Shown: positions 10,969 to 23,804 of the stretch, piece by piece
How positions within the stretch are numbered: position 1 is the first letter of the stretch
Layout of the letters: each line of letters starts with the position of its first letter
Source of the DNA: Gracilinanus agilis
Lineage: Eukaryota
NCBI RefSeq assembly: GCF_016433145.1
Contig: NC_058131.1
Coordinates: 634,523,308-634,587,127, forward strand
Length of the DNA stretch: 63,820 nucleotides
Direction of reading: 5' to 3'
The notes under the pieces: model-generated
Database searches by the model: none
Told to the model about the DNA's origin: nothing
Seen by the model: only the letters and a program-made list of their open reading frames with translations
Program-made: the position numbers and the translations under genes

Positions 10969-13587
10969 TTGGGTTTTGTTTTGTTTTTCACATCTAACTA
11001 ATTTAGATTTTTAATTACTCTGGATTAATGTTACATTTCAGGGTTTGCATGCCCTGAGGAAGTCAATAGGAAGTCTTGATTGCTTCTGGTAGTAGCCTAC
11101 TTAATACATGTACCCTCCTTCATTTTCTTGGTAGTCATCTTTCTGGCCTCTAAAATAACATTCATAGGAACTTTGCTTATGGTTGCAGAACCACTCATTG
11201 TTCTCTATCAAGCTACCAATTTTTCTGCCAGCTGTAAAGCCAGATTCTGCTGGGCTGTGGGCTCAGTGCTGTGCATTACCATTATCTGTGTTGGCTGATC
11301 CAGAGAGGCCATGAGCTCCTCATTGATGATTTTGGAATGAATTTTGCTGATTATGGAGTGAACAATGGGCAGATCCAGCTGGAACATATGTGACAATATT
11401 TCCATGCTAATACAGTCATAAACACTGCTATCGGTAAAAAGAGAGGCATATAATGTCTTTTCTAAGCTCTTTATAAGTAAGTATGGTATGGACTTTGTTA
11501 GCCTCAGGGAACAAATCTCACACTTTCCCATTGGTCTTCTCATTGATAGTAAAGTTGGGACAAATCTTCCAGACACCTATCTTCATGGCTTAAGAAGCTG
11601 CTACTACACATTCCTTCACTGACTTAGGTGGACCAAACAAGGGCTACAGCTCTCCCAATCTCAGTTAGTGGTGGAACTGTTTGCTGATCATGTAAATCTA
11701 GGTATCACTTTTCAGAAGCTGCCATGTATGAGATCTCCAGGAGCATGACAGATTGGATACAAAATAGGTAATTTAAGCAACTCTAGGTTGATATGCAAAT
11801 GATAGGGCATCTGGCATTGATGCTCCACCTTCTCCTGCTTCTGGTCCCATTCCTGCAGGTTCCTGAGCAGTAGACCTTGATCCAGCAGCCCTTTAGCATG
11901 GTCACTGGATTGAATATTCAGGAAGGCATTGTGTGCATTCTTTATTAGGTCCTAGAAAAAGGAAGAGAGGTCTACATGTACCATGCTACAGTTATAAGGC
12001 ATCTGCATGTTGAATGTTGTCCTCATGAATGTGAGGTCCTGAGCCTGGGACTATTTGGCCTGGTAGTACTTGTGGCAGAAGATTTCACATATCTCAATTC
12101 AGTCTCTCTAATTCTTCTATGCATGCTTTTTCTTTCAGCATAACTGAATCCTGCCCCTCATTTTCAGCCTGATCTTACTATGACTCTAAGAAACCTTCAG
12201 AGTAAGGAAGCTGTTTCTCCTAAGCCTTAAAGCCAAATTTGTTGTAGGTATGGAGTCAATTATGAAGGTAGAGATGTCAGATCTCCTTGGTTTTTCCTTT
12301 TCTCTACAAGTAGCACTGAACACACTCAATGATGGCACAGACACAGACCTCATCCTTGAGATGCTCTACATATGAGGATCTGTTTTCTGAATGATCTTGA
12401 AAAAAGATCCTTTCCACCAATGAGGATAAAACCACGAACATGAAAAAGAGCTCGAAGTTAGATAGATTCTTACAATCTTCCAGGATATTCTCTCCTGGAA
12501 TTCTCTCCAACAAAGATTTGGGGGTTTGCAAACAACATGTCCATCAATTTATAGATGTAGTCTAAGCACTCTTGCCAGAACTCTGGCTTCAAATACGTTG
12601 CCATGTTGGGGCTGCTGAGAGAGAGAACAATGATAGTGAATTTGATCTTAACAATCACTCTTTCCCTTAGATTGTTTTCTGTTGTGATCTGAACCAGCAG
12701 TTAAAGCCACTTAATTTTAGGCTACATGATCATTTCCTTTCTTGCTATAAGCTTGCAGGGTCTCATTACTACAATTGCATGGGTAATCTCTGTTTCATTG
12801 GCAAACATTTTAGGCTTCTCTATGACCCATGGTGCTATTCCTCATATCCATACCTTCTCCCACTTCTGGCCTTCTTTATCCTCCTCCTCAGTCTACGTGC
12901 TTGCATTTTTGGTCATGCTTTTTCTTGGATTGGTAATCTCACTTCTCTCTAGCCTTTTTGTCTGTGATGCTCTCTCTACTTTTTTTAAAGGAATTTGGAA
13001 GCCAAGAAGGCATATTTCTTGTCATACTCCTGAGAGAGAGTCTGAAGAAGTGGATTTTGGATCTCAGTCTTCATCATTTATGTCTCCTCAGAGTTCTCTG
13101 TGTCTTTGAGGAATTGGCAACTTTTCCTCAATGTCTTCAGGAAATTTATGATCCTTAAGTCCATCTTCATCCTCAACTGAAAGGAAAAACTTTCTGAGAA
13201 CTCCTTGTTTTCCTTAGTGTCCTCACCAGCTGATTGCCTAGGGTTATGCTCATAGTTGGTGATCTGGACTTCATAATCCTAATAATATTTATGGATCTTC
13301 TGACAGTTAGTGGATTCTGAATTTTCACAGCATACCATATATAGTCCAGATAAGATGGATCAGCTCCTCAAACATTTTGTCCTTTGCACTTTGAAAAACC
13401 TGTTTAGGGTCTTTCTCATCTTCACTCAACAGCAATGGCTGTTTGCCACAGTTGCCTCCTACAGACTTAGGCACCAGCTCCTCCCCCAATAGGGAAGACT
13501 CTGACTAGCTATTAGACCTAGTGATGAAAAACTGCTACATGGCATGGGCAGTGAGGAGACATGGGCCAGCTCAGGAGAACTAGTTTT
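10969..13587 (-). pseudogene. EIF3C: Processed pseudogene (retrocopy) of eIF3 subunit C; CDS remnant 13540 (ATG) to 11063 (TGA), with short 5'UTR, 3'UTR, ATTAAA and decayed poly(A)
   Basis: Minus strand reads [42 protein letters not shown] (EIF3[45 protein letters not shown]); [24 protein letters not shown]; YVEHLKDEVCVCAIIECVQCYL; [37 protein letters not shown]; ends ..TSY*. No introns, many stops and frameshifts, ATTAAA at 11010-11015, (AAAC)-like tail near 10963-10988, degenerate TSD tgtgttgttgt (10959-10969) / tgtgttatttt (13588-13598). Confidence 0.96.
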
Positions 13588-14030
13588 TGTGTTATTTTAA
13601 CGTTTTTATCAATGATGTGAATAAGTGGATAATTCGCTTTATGGCACAAAGTTGGGAAAGATGGCTAAATCGATGGCAGAATTAAATTCCAAAAGTTCTT
13701 TATTGAGCTAAGTTAAGATGAAATTTAAGGAGATAAGGACTGGACTTATGATTTTACTCTAGCAGAAAATTTTCCTAGTGAGAAAACTTCCTTTAACAAT
13801 GCAGATCTGAACCTATTAATCTTAGAGAGTTGCCTATAATACTAAGAAGTTAAATGAATTGCCCAGAATCAGAGATCCAATTTGAGTTAGAGGTAGAATC
13901 TCAAATCAAGCCATTCTGGTGCCAAAGTTAGTTCTTTATTTACTAGGCTTTATGGCTTCTCAAGGTGAAATTCAATAGGGATTTCAAGCTTTTGGGAAAA
14001 AGTCACTATTTTAAAAAAAACTGGGGAAAA
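13588..14030 (+). mobile_element. L3/CR1 RT continuation (piece 3), interrupted by a MIR-like fragment at about 13740-13930
   Basis: gtgttattttaacgtttttatcaatgatgtg resumes the VLFNxFINDL motif exactly where piece 2 stopped. Confidence 0.75.
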
Positions 14031-16110
14031 CTGGAAGTGGCATGAAATGGTATGGCAGAAACTAGACCCAGATCAATACCTCACACCATATGTCAAAGTA
14101 AAGTCAAAATGAATACATGATATAGAAATAAAGGGTAATACCATAAACAAATTAGCAGAGCATGAACTAGTTTACCTGTCAGATATATGGATAAGGGAAG
14201 AATTTATATCTGAATAAGAAATAGAGAACATTACAAGGTATAAAATAGATAACTTTGACTTCACTGAATTTAAAAATTTGTGCACAAACAAAGCTAACGA
14301 AAGCAAATTTAGATATGAGACAACAAACTGGGGGAAAATTTTATAGTAAGTGTCTCTGACAAAGGCTTCATTTCTCAAATATATAGAGTACTGAGCCAAA
14401 TTTACAAGAATACAATGCATTCCCTGATTGACTAATGGCTAAAGGATATGAGCAGGTAATTCTCAAATAAAGAAATTAAAACTTTCTTTGGTCATATGAA
14501 AAATTTGCCAAATTACTATTAATTAGAAAAATTCAAATTAAAACAACTGTGAGGTTCTGTCTCATGCCTAGTAGATTAGCTAACATGACAAAAAAGAAAA
14601 ATGTTAAATGTTAGAGGGAATTAGAGACACATATATTGTTGAATTGATAAACCATTCTGGAGAGCAATCTGGAACCATGCCCAAAAGACCACAAAACTAT
14701 GCATACCTTTTGATCCAGCGATACCACTACAAGGTCTGTATCCCAAAGAGATCAAAGGTTAGGGCAAAGTGCCTTCTTGTACAAAAATATTATAACAGCG
14801 CTTTTTGTGAACTAGAACTAGAAATGGAAAGAATGTTCATCAATTGGGGAATGACTGAAGAAGTTAAGTATATGATTATAATGGAATAGTATGTGCCATA
14901 AGAACTTATGAATGGGGGAATCTCAACTTCTCCCTTTTAGATATAGATAAATCAAACCAAAAAATAAACAAGAAAGAAGTAAAGGAAGTAAATGAAATCT
15001 TAGGAAAGTTAGAACTAATAGGTCTCTAGATAAAATGGAATGTGAATATAAAGGAATATACTTTCTTTTCAGTACTACATAGTTCCTACACAAAAATTGA
15101 CCATGCATTAGGGGATTAAAAACTTCACAACCAAATACATAAAAGAAGAAATAATACATACATTCATTTTAGATTATAATGCAATAAAATTATAATCAAT
15201 AAAGCTCCATGGAAAGATATATCAAAAATTAATTGGAAACTAAATAATCTAATGCTAAAAAGGGGTGAGTCAAAGAACAAATTATAGAAATAATCAATAA
15301 TTTTATTAATGAGAATGGCAATGAGAATACAACATATCAAAATTTATGGGATACAGCCAAAGTAGTACTTAGGGGAAAATTTGTATCTCTAAAAGCTTAC
15401 ATCAATAAAATAGAGAAAATGCAGCTCAATGAATTGGGCATGCGACTAAAAAATCTAGAAAAAGGACAGGTTAAAAATCCTCATTTAAAGACCAAATTGG
15501 AAATCCTAAAAATTAGGTGAGAAATTGATAAAATTGAAAGTAAGAGAACCCTTGAACTAATAAATAAGACGAGGAGTTGATTTTATGAATACAATAAAAT
15601 AAAATAGAACATTGGTAAATTTGATTAAAAAAAGAACTGATAAAATGATCACAAAAAATCTGGAAATGCTTATATGAAGTGATACAAAGTAAAGAGAAGT
15701 AGGAGAACTTTGTAACAGCACAGAACACAGTAACAGCAATAACATATGATGATCAGCTATGAATGAATGAACTTTTATTAATGCTATTATTGAGGACAAT
15801 TCTATGGGACTCACAAGGAAAAAAGGCAACCACTTCTATAGAAGAAATTGACAGAGTCTGAATGCAGACTGAAGCAAACCATTCTTTACTTATTGCCTCT
15901 AATTTTTCTATGGTGTAAGCAATATGTGTCTTATTTTCAGCATGATGAACATAGAAATATGTATTTTATTATAAAATATGCATAACTTATATTAAATTAC
16001 CTGCCACCTTGATAAGGGGAGAGGGCTGGGAGGGAAGGATAGAACATGGATCACAAAATGTCAGAAAGCAATTATGAAAAATTGTATCAATGTGTAAAAA
16101 AAATAAAAAT
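14030..16110 (+). mobile_element. Mosaic L1: ORF2 C-terminal part, an inserted endonuclease-domain segment (about 14925-15665), then 3'UTR and A-rich tail
   Basis: ctagacccagatcaatacctcacaccatatg and atgcccaaaagacc (ORF2 C-terminal); aaatcaaaccaaaaaataaacaagaaagaagta (EN domain, KSNQKINKKEV); tail aaaaaaataaaaattaaaacaaag. Confidence 0.85.
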
Positions 16111-16800
16111 TAAAACAAAGAAATTTAATAGGGATAAATATAACATATTATACTTGAAAACAAAAAAAATCAGCTTCTCAAGACCCTGATAGTTAGCATG
16201 ACTAAACAGTGGTTTGCTTTAAAAAGATCTGGGGATTTTAGATGATGTTAAGCTCGGTTTAAGATAAGAGTGATTTGTGGCAACCAATAAAGTGATTTTA
16301 GCCAGCATTAAAAGAAGCATAGATTCCAGAAATAAGGAGGTGGTAGACTCAGTGTCCTTTGCCCCAGTGAAAGCAAATCTGGGGAATTTTATTTTAGTTC
16401 TTGGCACTCTTTTAAGGAGGTCAGAGATAAGCTGGCAATCAATGAGAGAGAGCGGTATGCACTATAAGGATCAAGTCAAACAACTGAGGAAATTTATCCT
16501 GGAGAAGAAACCACTCGAGGGGAATGATAGTTATCTTTAATTATTTGGAGGGATGTCTTATGAAAGTTGGATTATATTTATTCTGCTTGGCTCTGGGGAG
16601 CCAAACTAGGTTCCATGGGTGGAAGTTGTTATAGGAGGAACATTTAGACTTCATAGTAGGAAAATTTAGAAAACAATGAGAGCTCTGCCACAGTGGAAAT
16701 GGGCTGCTTCTTAGGAGCTGTCATTTTCCTAGGCTTCAGTGAAAGACAGAATGACCATTTGTTAAGTCCTATTAGAGAAGGAATTCTTTTTTCAAGTATG
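16110..16800 (+). mobile_element. L3/CR1 3' end (piece 4)
   Basis: tttaatagggataaatataac..., agcattaaaagaagcatagattccagaaataaggagg, ggagaagaaaccactcgaggggaatgatag. Confidence 0.75.
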
Positions 16801-19379
16801 GCAAGAGGAGAAAGCCACTGAGGGCCTTTTGTTCCACCTCTGAAATTCTGTGATTCTATAATGGAGAGACAAAGAAAATAAATATGAAGAATGCCACAGA
16901 ATGCAGAAAGGATTCAGACTCCCCTTCCTGTCTTGCCCCACCCCACCCCATGTTAGCTGAGGTTGTAATTCCTTTTTGATATTGCACCAGATAAACAAGT
17001 CTCAAGTGGGAATTTATATTGTCTCGAAATTTTTAAATAAAATTTTTTTAATGAACAATGTTCAGGGGGATTGTGAGTATGTAAAACTTTAAGGAAACAG
17101 GTTTCATTTCAGTTATTAAGGGAGAAAAAGCCTTTTCTAATAATGGGAAATGTCTCAAAGTGAAATGGATTTTACAATGAGTGAATCAATTCCTTGTCTT
17201 TGAGAGAGGTTGAATAACCATCTCTGAGGATCAATGCAAGAGATTTACACATCAGGTAACAGATTGGTCTAGATGATATCTAAGGGTCTTTTCCAGCCTA
17301 AGAGTCTGGAAAATGGCCATGTGCTCAGTTTGTGCTGCCATAGCTGCTAGCCAACTTTTTGTGCTCCAAGACTACACTTTTAATTCCATTGATTTATTTT
17401 TCATTGCTTCAGATAAGGCTTGCATAACTGTCATGAGTCTATCTGCCAAAACCAACCAAAGCCTTCAGGATATTTCTCACCTTCCTTGGGAAACAAAACT
17501 CCAGGCAGGTTAATTATAACCTCAAGGATCAATAGTCCTATCTAACACATTGACACCTTTTACTCCATTTCTCTGACATTGTCGGAGTATAGAAGAGGTT
17601 TTTCCTTTCTTTTCTTCCTTAATTCTTTTAAGAAACTTAGTAGCATAAAGGAACTTCTCATGTGGAGAAGACCAATTAACTTTCAGGTTCCTGTTAGAGT
17701 TCGCTTGTGGTTTCTGGAGGTTGACTCTTACTCCCTTTACTCAATATGAAGCCAGATAGCAGCTAAGAAGTCTTCATTATGTTGGGAGGGGTGACATTAT
17801 TTCTGATGGCTAGAGTCTAACAATGAATGAAGATGAGCTAATTCCATTTACACAATACATATATAGTTATCTTAGGACATCAGGGGTTACTGAGGCTTAG
17901 AGGAGTAAAGTGACTTTAACCAAGATCATACGACTAGCTCTTGAGTAGCAAAGCCCAGACTAGAATGCAGATGTTCTGGCTTCTCTAGTCTAGAGAGCCT
18001 TCCTCTGTGATTCAATAGAAAATCATAGTTCTCTATCAGGAAAACTCAATTGATTTCTCTGATTTCTAAGAGATATATTGATAAATAGGCTTTGTGGTAT
18101 GGTCAAAAAAATGGACTGAGCATTAGGAGAACAGCACTGTAGGCCTGGCTAAGTAGCTGTGTGATCTAAGCTGATTTACTTTAGTTCAAATTTTGTTTGA
18201 AACATCTATAGATAGGATGTTTCCTACAAAGCAGCCTGTTCCATTTTTAGTAGTTTTGATCATTAAGAAGATCTTTGTTCTAAACTAAATTTTTGCTTTT
18301 GGAACTTTCTACCCATTAATCTTGATTCTGCCCTTTGGGGATGCATATTATAAAATCCAATCTCTCTTCCATGTGAGAGCTATTTAAATACTTGGAGAGA
18401 GTTTGGCCACCTTCTATTCTCTTTTTTTCAGGTTAAACATATCCAGTCACTTCCATGTTCTCCATGGTTTTTAGATCCCTCATCATTCTGAATATACTCA
18501 CTCACTGGATCCAGACATGCTATAGTTTACTAGTGATCATACTGAGTAGTTCTGACTGTAGAGCTATCAATCAAGTCCTATCTTTGGGTTAAATAAATAT
18601 TTTTTTATAAATTTAAGCTAGTGCCTTTTTTTATAGGTATCTTGTATCTACTCTGTTCTAGTCTAGTTTGTATCTCCTCCTCCACTTTTTTCTCCTCTTC
18701 CTCCCTCTCTTTATGCCTCTCACTATCTTTTCTTCCTCCCCTTTCTATCTATTTTTCCTACTCTATCCTCCTTCTCTCTCTCATCCATGTATATATAATC
18801 TATATTCTTACACATACAGATATGCATATGTATGTTTTCTTCCCCATCCTGGAATGTAAACTCCTTGAAGGCAAAGACTATTCACTTTTTCTTTACATCT
18901 CCTGCATCTAGGGGCAAATAGTTGGTGAAGCAGGTAGAGTGCTAGGCTTGGAATCAAGAAGACTTAAGTTCAAATCCTGATTCAGATGCTTGCTACAATG
19001 GCTGGTGACCCTGAACAGGTTACCTGACCTCCTAGAGCTTCTATTTTCTTATCTGTAAAGTGGGGATAATAATTATAAATGCCTCTTTGGATTGTTGTGA
19101 AGTTCAAATGACAAAACAGATGTTAAATGCTTTGGAAACATAAAAGTGCTCTAAAATATTAGCTATTATTATTACTACTACTAGTACTGTTTTTTTAGCA
19201 CAGTGCCAGGCACATCAATCAATCAATAAACACTTATTAAGCACCTGACAAGCACTGTGCTCATACATAGTAAGCACCTAATAAATATTTGTCAGTTCTT
19301 CAATGGAAAGTGGTGTAGCTCAACAACAATTCATGTAAAAAAGATTTGATAACTTTAGTGAACTGTAAACTCAGTACAG

Positions 19380-19605
19380 GGGTATTACATGGAGCACCAG
19401 GTCTGGAGTCAAAAAGATTCATCTTCCTGGATTCAAATATGGTCTTAGCTGTGTGACCCTGGGTAAGTCACTCAACTCTATTTCCCTCTGTTTCCTTATC
19501 TGTAAAATGAATTGGAGAAGAAAATAGCAAATCACTCCAAGATCTTTGGCAAGAAAACCCCATATTGGAGACATGACTGAAAATGACTTGAATGTTAACA
19601 AAACT
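19380..19605 (+). mobile_element. Mar1-like CORE-SINE (RTE-type tail)
   Basis: ctgtaaaatgaattggagaagaaaatagcaaatcactccaagatctttggcaagaaaacccc. Confidence 0.8.
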
Positions 19606-19791
19606 CAGTATATGTCAATGGCAGCCTATAAAGTAAATCCAATCATTGGGGTGGGCATTCTAGAAGAAGGAGATTCCAGTTCTCCCATACTTTGCTTTGG
19701 TTTTTAACTCCTCTCTGTTATTGTGGTTATTGTTGAATGCCACATTTTACAAAAGACTTATCTAAGCACATCAGAGAAGAGTGACCGTAAT

Positions 19792-21193
19792 TGTGAAGGA
19801 ATCCTCAAAGCCTTTACAGAAGAGAATTGATAGAAGAAATTAGAAATGTGTATACTTTTTCAGTTATATTTCCTGTACTATTTCAATAATTTTTATTCTA
19901 TAATTAGGGAAACCTGGTTAGGCCAAAGACAAAGAGTTTGAAGAAGGCCCCATGCAGATGCCTGAAGAAAACCTCCACAGCATCAGAAGAGCCAGCATGA
20001 ACTCTGGAGTATAAATGATTGAACTTTGGGGGTTGAACACAAGTATTTTGGATATATGACACAGGGAATTGCCCCCCTAATTGGCTTATTGTCAATGTGC
20101 CTAGCAAACATTGGTCTGCTCTCTCTCTCTCTCTCTCTCTATTCCTCTATCTTTTTTATTTCTCTCTTATTTCTAACTATTGAATATTGTATACATCTTT
20201 AGCTAGAAGATCTTTAGAGATACAAGATAGTTATGTAAAATGATTCATTAGGGAGACTAGTCTCCCAAAGAATCACAGGGAGGATTGTGAAAGGAAATTC
20301 TTGGTTCTCTTTGTCTGTTCTGAGTTTACACTTGTGAAAAGGGAATCCTTTGTTCTCTTTGCCTACTTGGAGTTAAAGCTTTGGTTAACAATAACTTAAG
20401 TACCCCTACTTAGTACCTCACTAAATTGTGAGGACAGGATTAACTCTTCTTTGTCTACCTTTTGATCGAATCAACACAAGCTTGGACTAGGTGGAGGAGT
20501 TCTTGAACTAGGTGGAGGAACTCAAGAACCACTTGGTGAATTCACACCCTGCTTGGTGGTGGGTGGGAGGCCAATAAGATGCTTGGAGAGCTCCATCTTT
20601 TTTTCTAGCTCAAACAGTCAGAGACTTTTGAATTCTTTGGGGAGTTCACACACAGAAACATGTGAATCCTAAGAGGAGAGTTAACACTTTTAGAGGTGAG
20701 AAGTCAATCCCAAGGATACAGTCCCTGGGCAGGGCTGGACAATTTGGAGGCTGTGAATGGCCCCTGTGAAAAGGGGAAGGGACAGGAAACCATGAAATCC
20801 TTGGGCTGGAGATGGTCTGGTGAAGTTGAGTCTGGTGGAGAGTGTCTCCTGGAGATAGTCTTCGAGGGAACTTCACTGGAGACTGCGGCTTGGATTGTGG
20901 CTTCAACTTAGATTCTGACTCCTGGATTACTTCATTGGATGAGTGAAAAGGGCTGACTTCTTTCCTAGTTTCCTAAGATACTAGCTTCCATCTTGGAGGA
21001 GGCCTCGTAGTTACTCACTACAGCCCTCCTGGCTGATGACTAGTATAGGTATTTTCTCTAACCTCTCTCACATTTCTCTACTTAATTGTTTCCCCTCTAA
21101 TTCGTAAATAAACTTCTGACTTGAGATATAATAACTTCAGCAACTACATTATTTCATATAATTTAAGTCCAAGCACTAAATTTAACCTTTATA
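19792..21193 (+). mobile_element. Probable solo ERV LTR (about 1.4 kb)
   Basis: Starts near tgtgaagg, internal (CT)n at about 20118-20140, AATAAA at 21107-21112, ends ..aaatttaacctttata; composition distinct from flanks; TSD not resolved and start uncertain. Confidence 0.55.
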
Positions 21194-21816
21194 CTGCTGG
21201 AGCTGGGAAAAAATGTCACTATTTGGAAGCAGCTCTTAGCATTTAAGGATTTCAGGTCACATTCCAAAAAGAGTTGCAGAACCAGCCACTCTGTACCAGT
21301 TCTGTAAGAGAAAATGCTTTAAGAGCCTGCATGAAAATGTCAGACCTCCTTCCCATGGGCATATAGATCAATAGGCATATTTACTCCAAGGGCTGGTAGC
21401 CTACAGCTTTGTTGCTTTCCACTCTGAAAATCTCGTGCACTCTGGCAAGGTTCCCTGACTGAAAATCAGTGGCTTCTGACACTTCCTGAATCACTAGCTC
21501 TAAACCATGTCCACAATAGTTTATAGTTGAAGAAATGTATGTTGAGCACAACCTAACCACTTAACCTTCTTTCCTTTCTCCCCTCTGTCTTTGCACTCTC
21601 AAGTCTAAGTGCATTTTTTTCCAGAATTTACTTATATGGAGGAAAACAAAGCAAAACAAACATATTTAGCTCACAAAGCAGTGCCAGGAATTAGATTTAT
21701 AAATGAAAATTTATAAATTAGATTTATTAAGAGTGATCTGAGTGGCTCACAAGCTTACTAAATCTTTAGTTTCCTTCATTTCTATGTGGTGTGACTATCT
21801 TCTTTTTAGAGAGATC

Positions 21817-22052
21817 TAGCACAGTGGGTGGATTGCAGGACTTAGAGTCAAGAAGATGAGTCTTCCTGAGTTCAAATCCAGCCTCAGACACTTACTAGCT
21901 GTGTGACCTCAAGCAGATCACGTAACCATGATTGCCTCAGTTCCTTATCTGTAAAATGAGACAGAGAAGGAAAACCACCTTAGTATCTTTGGCAAGAAAC
22001 CCCCAAATTGGATCATGAAGAGTCGGACACAACTAAAATGCTTGAACAAAAA
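21817..22052 (+). mobile_element. Mar1-like CORE-SINE
   Basis: gagttcaaatccagcctcagacacttactagctgtgtgacc...catgaagagtcggacacaactaaaatgcttgaacaa. Confidence 0.85.
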
Positions 22053-22184
22053 TATGTAGTTGGACATCTCTTCCATTCAGAACTCTCCTAGAAAGCTTTC
22101 TTACTCCTAGCATTCCTTTTGGGAGAGATAGACTCCACTCAAATTCTACATTTTTAGGTTTACCCTGTTCATATATTTTCTTTT

Positions 22185-22410
22185 CTTTCTTTTTAAAAAT
22201 TCTTTTTATATATTTTTTACAGCTTATACATCAATATAATTTTTATAATTGTTTTCTAACATTCTGTGATCCATGTTCTCTCCCTGTCTTCCCTTCTCTC
22301 TCCTCATTAAGATGGCAGGTAATATGATATACATTGTACATGTGCTATTGTGCAATACATATTTCCAAGATCATGTTGTAAGAGAAGATATATGTCACTT
22401 ACAAATATTT
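22185..22410 (-). mobile_element. L1 3' terminal fragment
   Basis: T-rich start, then tctccctgtcttcc...aggtaatatgatatacattgtacatgtgc. Confidence 0.6.
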
Positions 22411-23804
22411 TCTAAATTTATGATAAACTTTAGATAATCAAGAGAAATAGATAGTCAACCACCACTCTTCTTGAATTTCCGTATTCTGATTATGTAGTTT
22501 TCTGTTTTATAGAAATGTTTTATGTTTATATAAACATAAGGCTGGTTATGTATCTTATGTCATATATTTAAATGTCTTTGTATGTGTGTATATATATTTG
22601 GGTTGTGAATATTTATATCTATATAGGTATTTATATATATGTGCATATATACATATGCATTTATTTCTGTATTTGTTTTATACTATGTCTATAATTTTAA
22701 GTGGTATAAATAAGTGATTTTATCAGTGTGAGACATTCCTCTTTTGGAAACTTCCTTGTGCATGATACTCCCACTTCCTACTGCTGAGTAGCTTCACTGT
22801 CTATCTCTCTCACCTGGAACTTTTTCCCTATTCATGTTTGACTCCTAGCTACCTTGGCTTTCTTCAAGTCTTCGCTAAAGTATTTCCTTCTACAAGACTT
22901 TCCCAGTTCTCCTTAATCTTAAAGCCTTCATTTTAAGTTTGCCTCCAGTTTATTCTGTATATATCCTGTTCATACAAAGCTGTTTTCTCTTCCCCTAAAA
23001 TGTGGACTCCTTGAGAGCAAGAACTGTTTTTTGCTTTTCTTTGTATTCCCAACATTTTACACAGTATTTGACACATAGTAGGTACTTTAACAAATGCTAG
23101 TTAACTGACTCCACTGATGAAGATCAGCAACTTCTCTGTAGCTTGTAATCTTTAGTGAGTTGCCTGAGGACAGCTGGGGTGGGTCAGGCTGGTTAAGTTA
23201 CTTATCCAAGGTCAAATAGTTTGTAAGTGACAGAGGAAAGATTTCTATCTGGGTCTTTCTGACTCCAAGGCTGGTCATTCATTCCATGTCATATATTTTA
23301 ATGCCTGTGGTTGTGTATAAACATATATTTATATACATAGAGCATGGCATAGGAGATAGAATAATGGATTTGAAATCAGGAATTCATGAGTTCATATCCT
23401 TCCTGCTACATATTAGCTTTGTGATCATGGGCAACTCAATTGACTTTTCTGAGCCTTAGGTTCTTCATCTGAGGGATGGGGATAATATTTGTTATCCTTT
23501 TCTCTCAGATTCATTGAGAAGCTCAAATAAGAGGGAGCAAATAAACCATTTTGCAAACTTTAAAGAGCTTTATTGGTATAGGTCAAAATAAATCACTGCC
23601 TCCTTTATAATTTAATGGAAGGTTTTTTAGAGTTGGTTATGGCCAAAAAATTAATTACCCTATGGCTAATCTCATGATGAGTTTCTTTAAAATTGATTTT
23701 GCTGCTCTATAGGAAATAGATATATTATTCTTTTCCAGGACCATTTGTACTCAAAGCCTCTGTAGTTTCGTAAGACCTACCAGAGCACATGGAGTTGTTC
23801 TCAG

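Noticed and set aside
12726-13109. 127-aa hydrophobic plus-strand ORF as a membrane protein
   Set aside because: It is the antisense of the charged, A/G-rich EIF3C region, which produces hydrophobic codons artefactually
11063-13540. EIF3C retrocopy as a functional retrogene
   Set aside because: Stops at codons 2 and 12, multiple frameshifts and a large internal deletion
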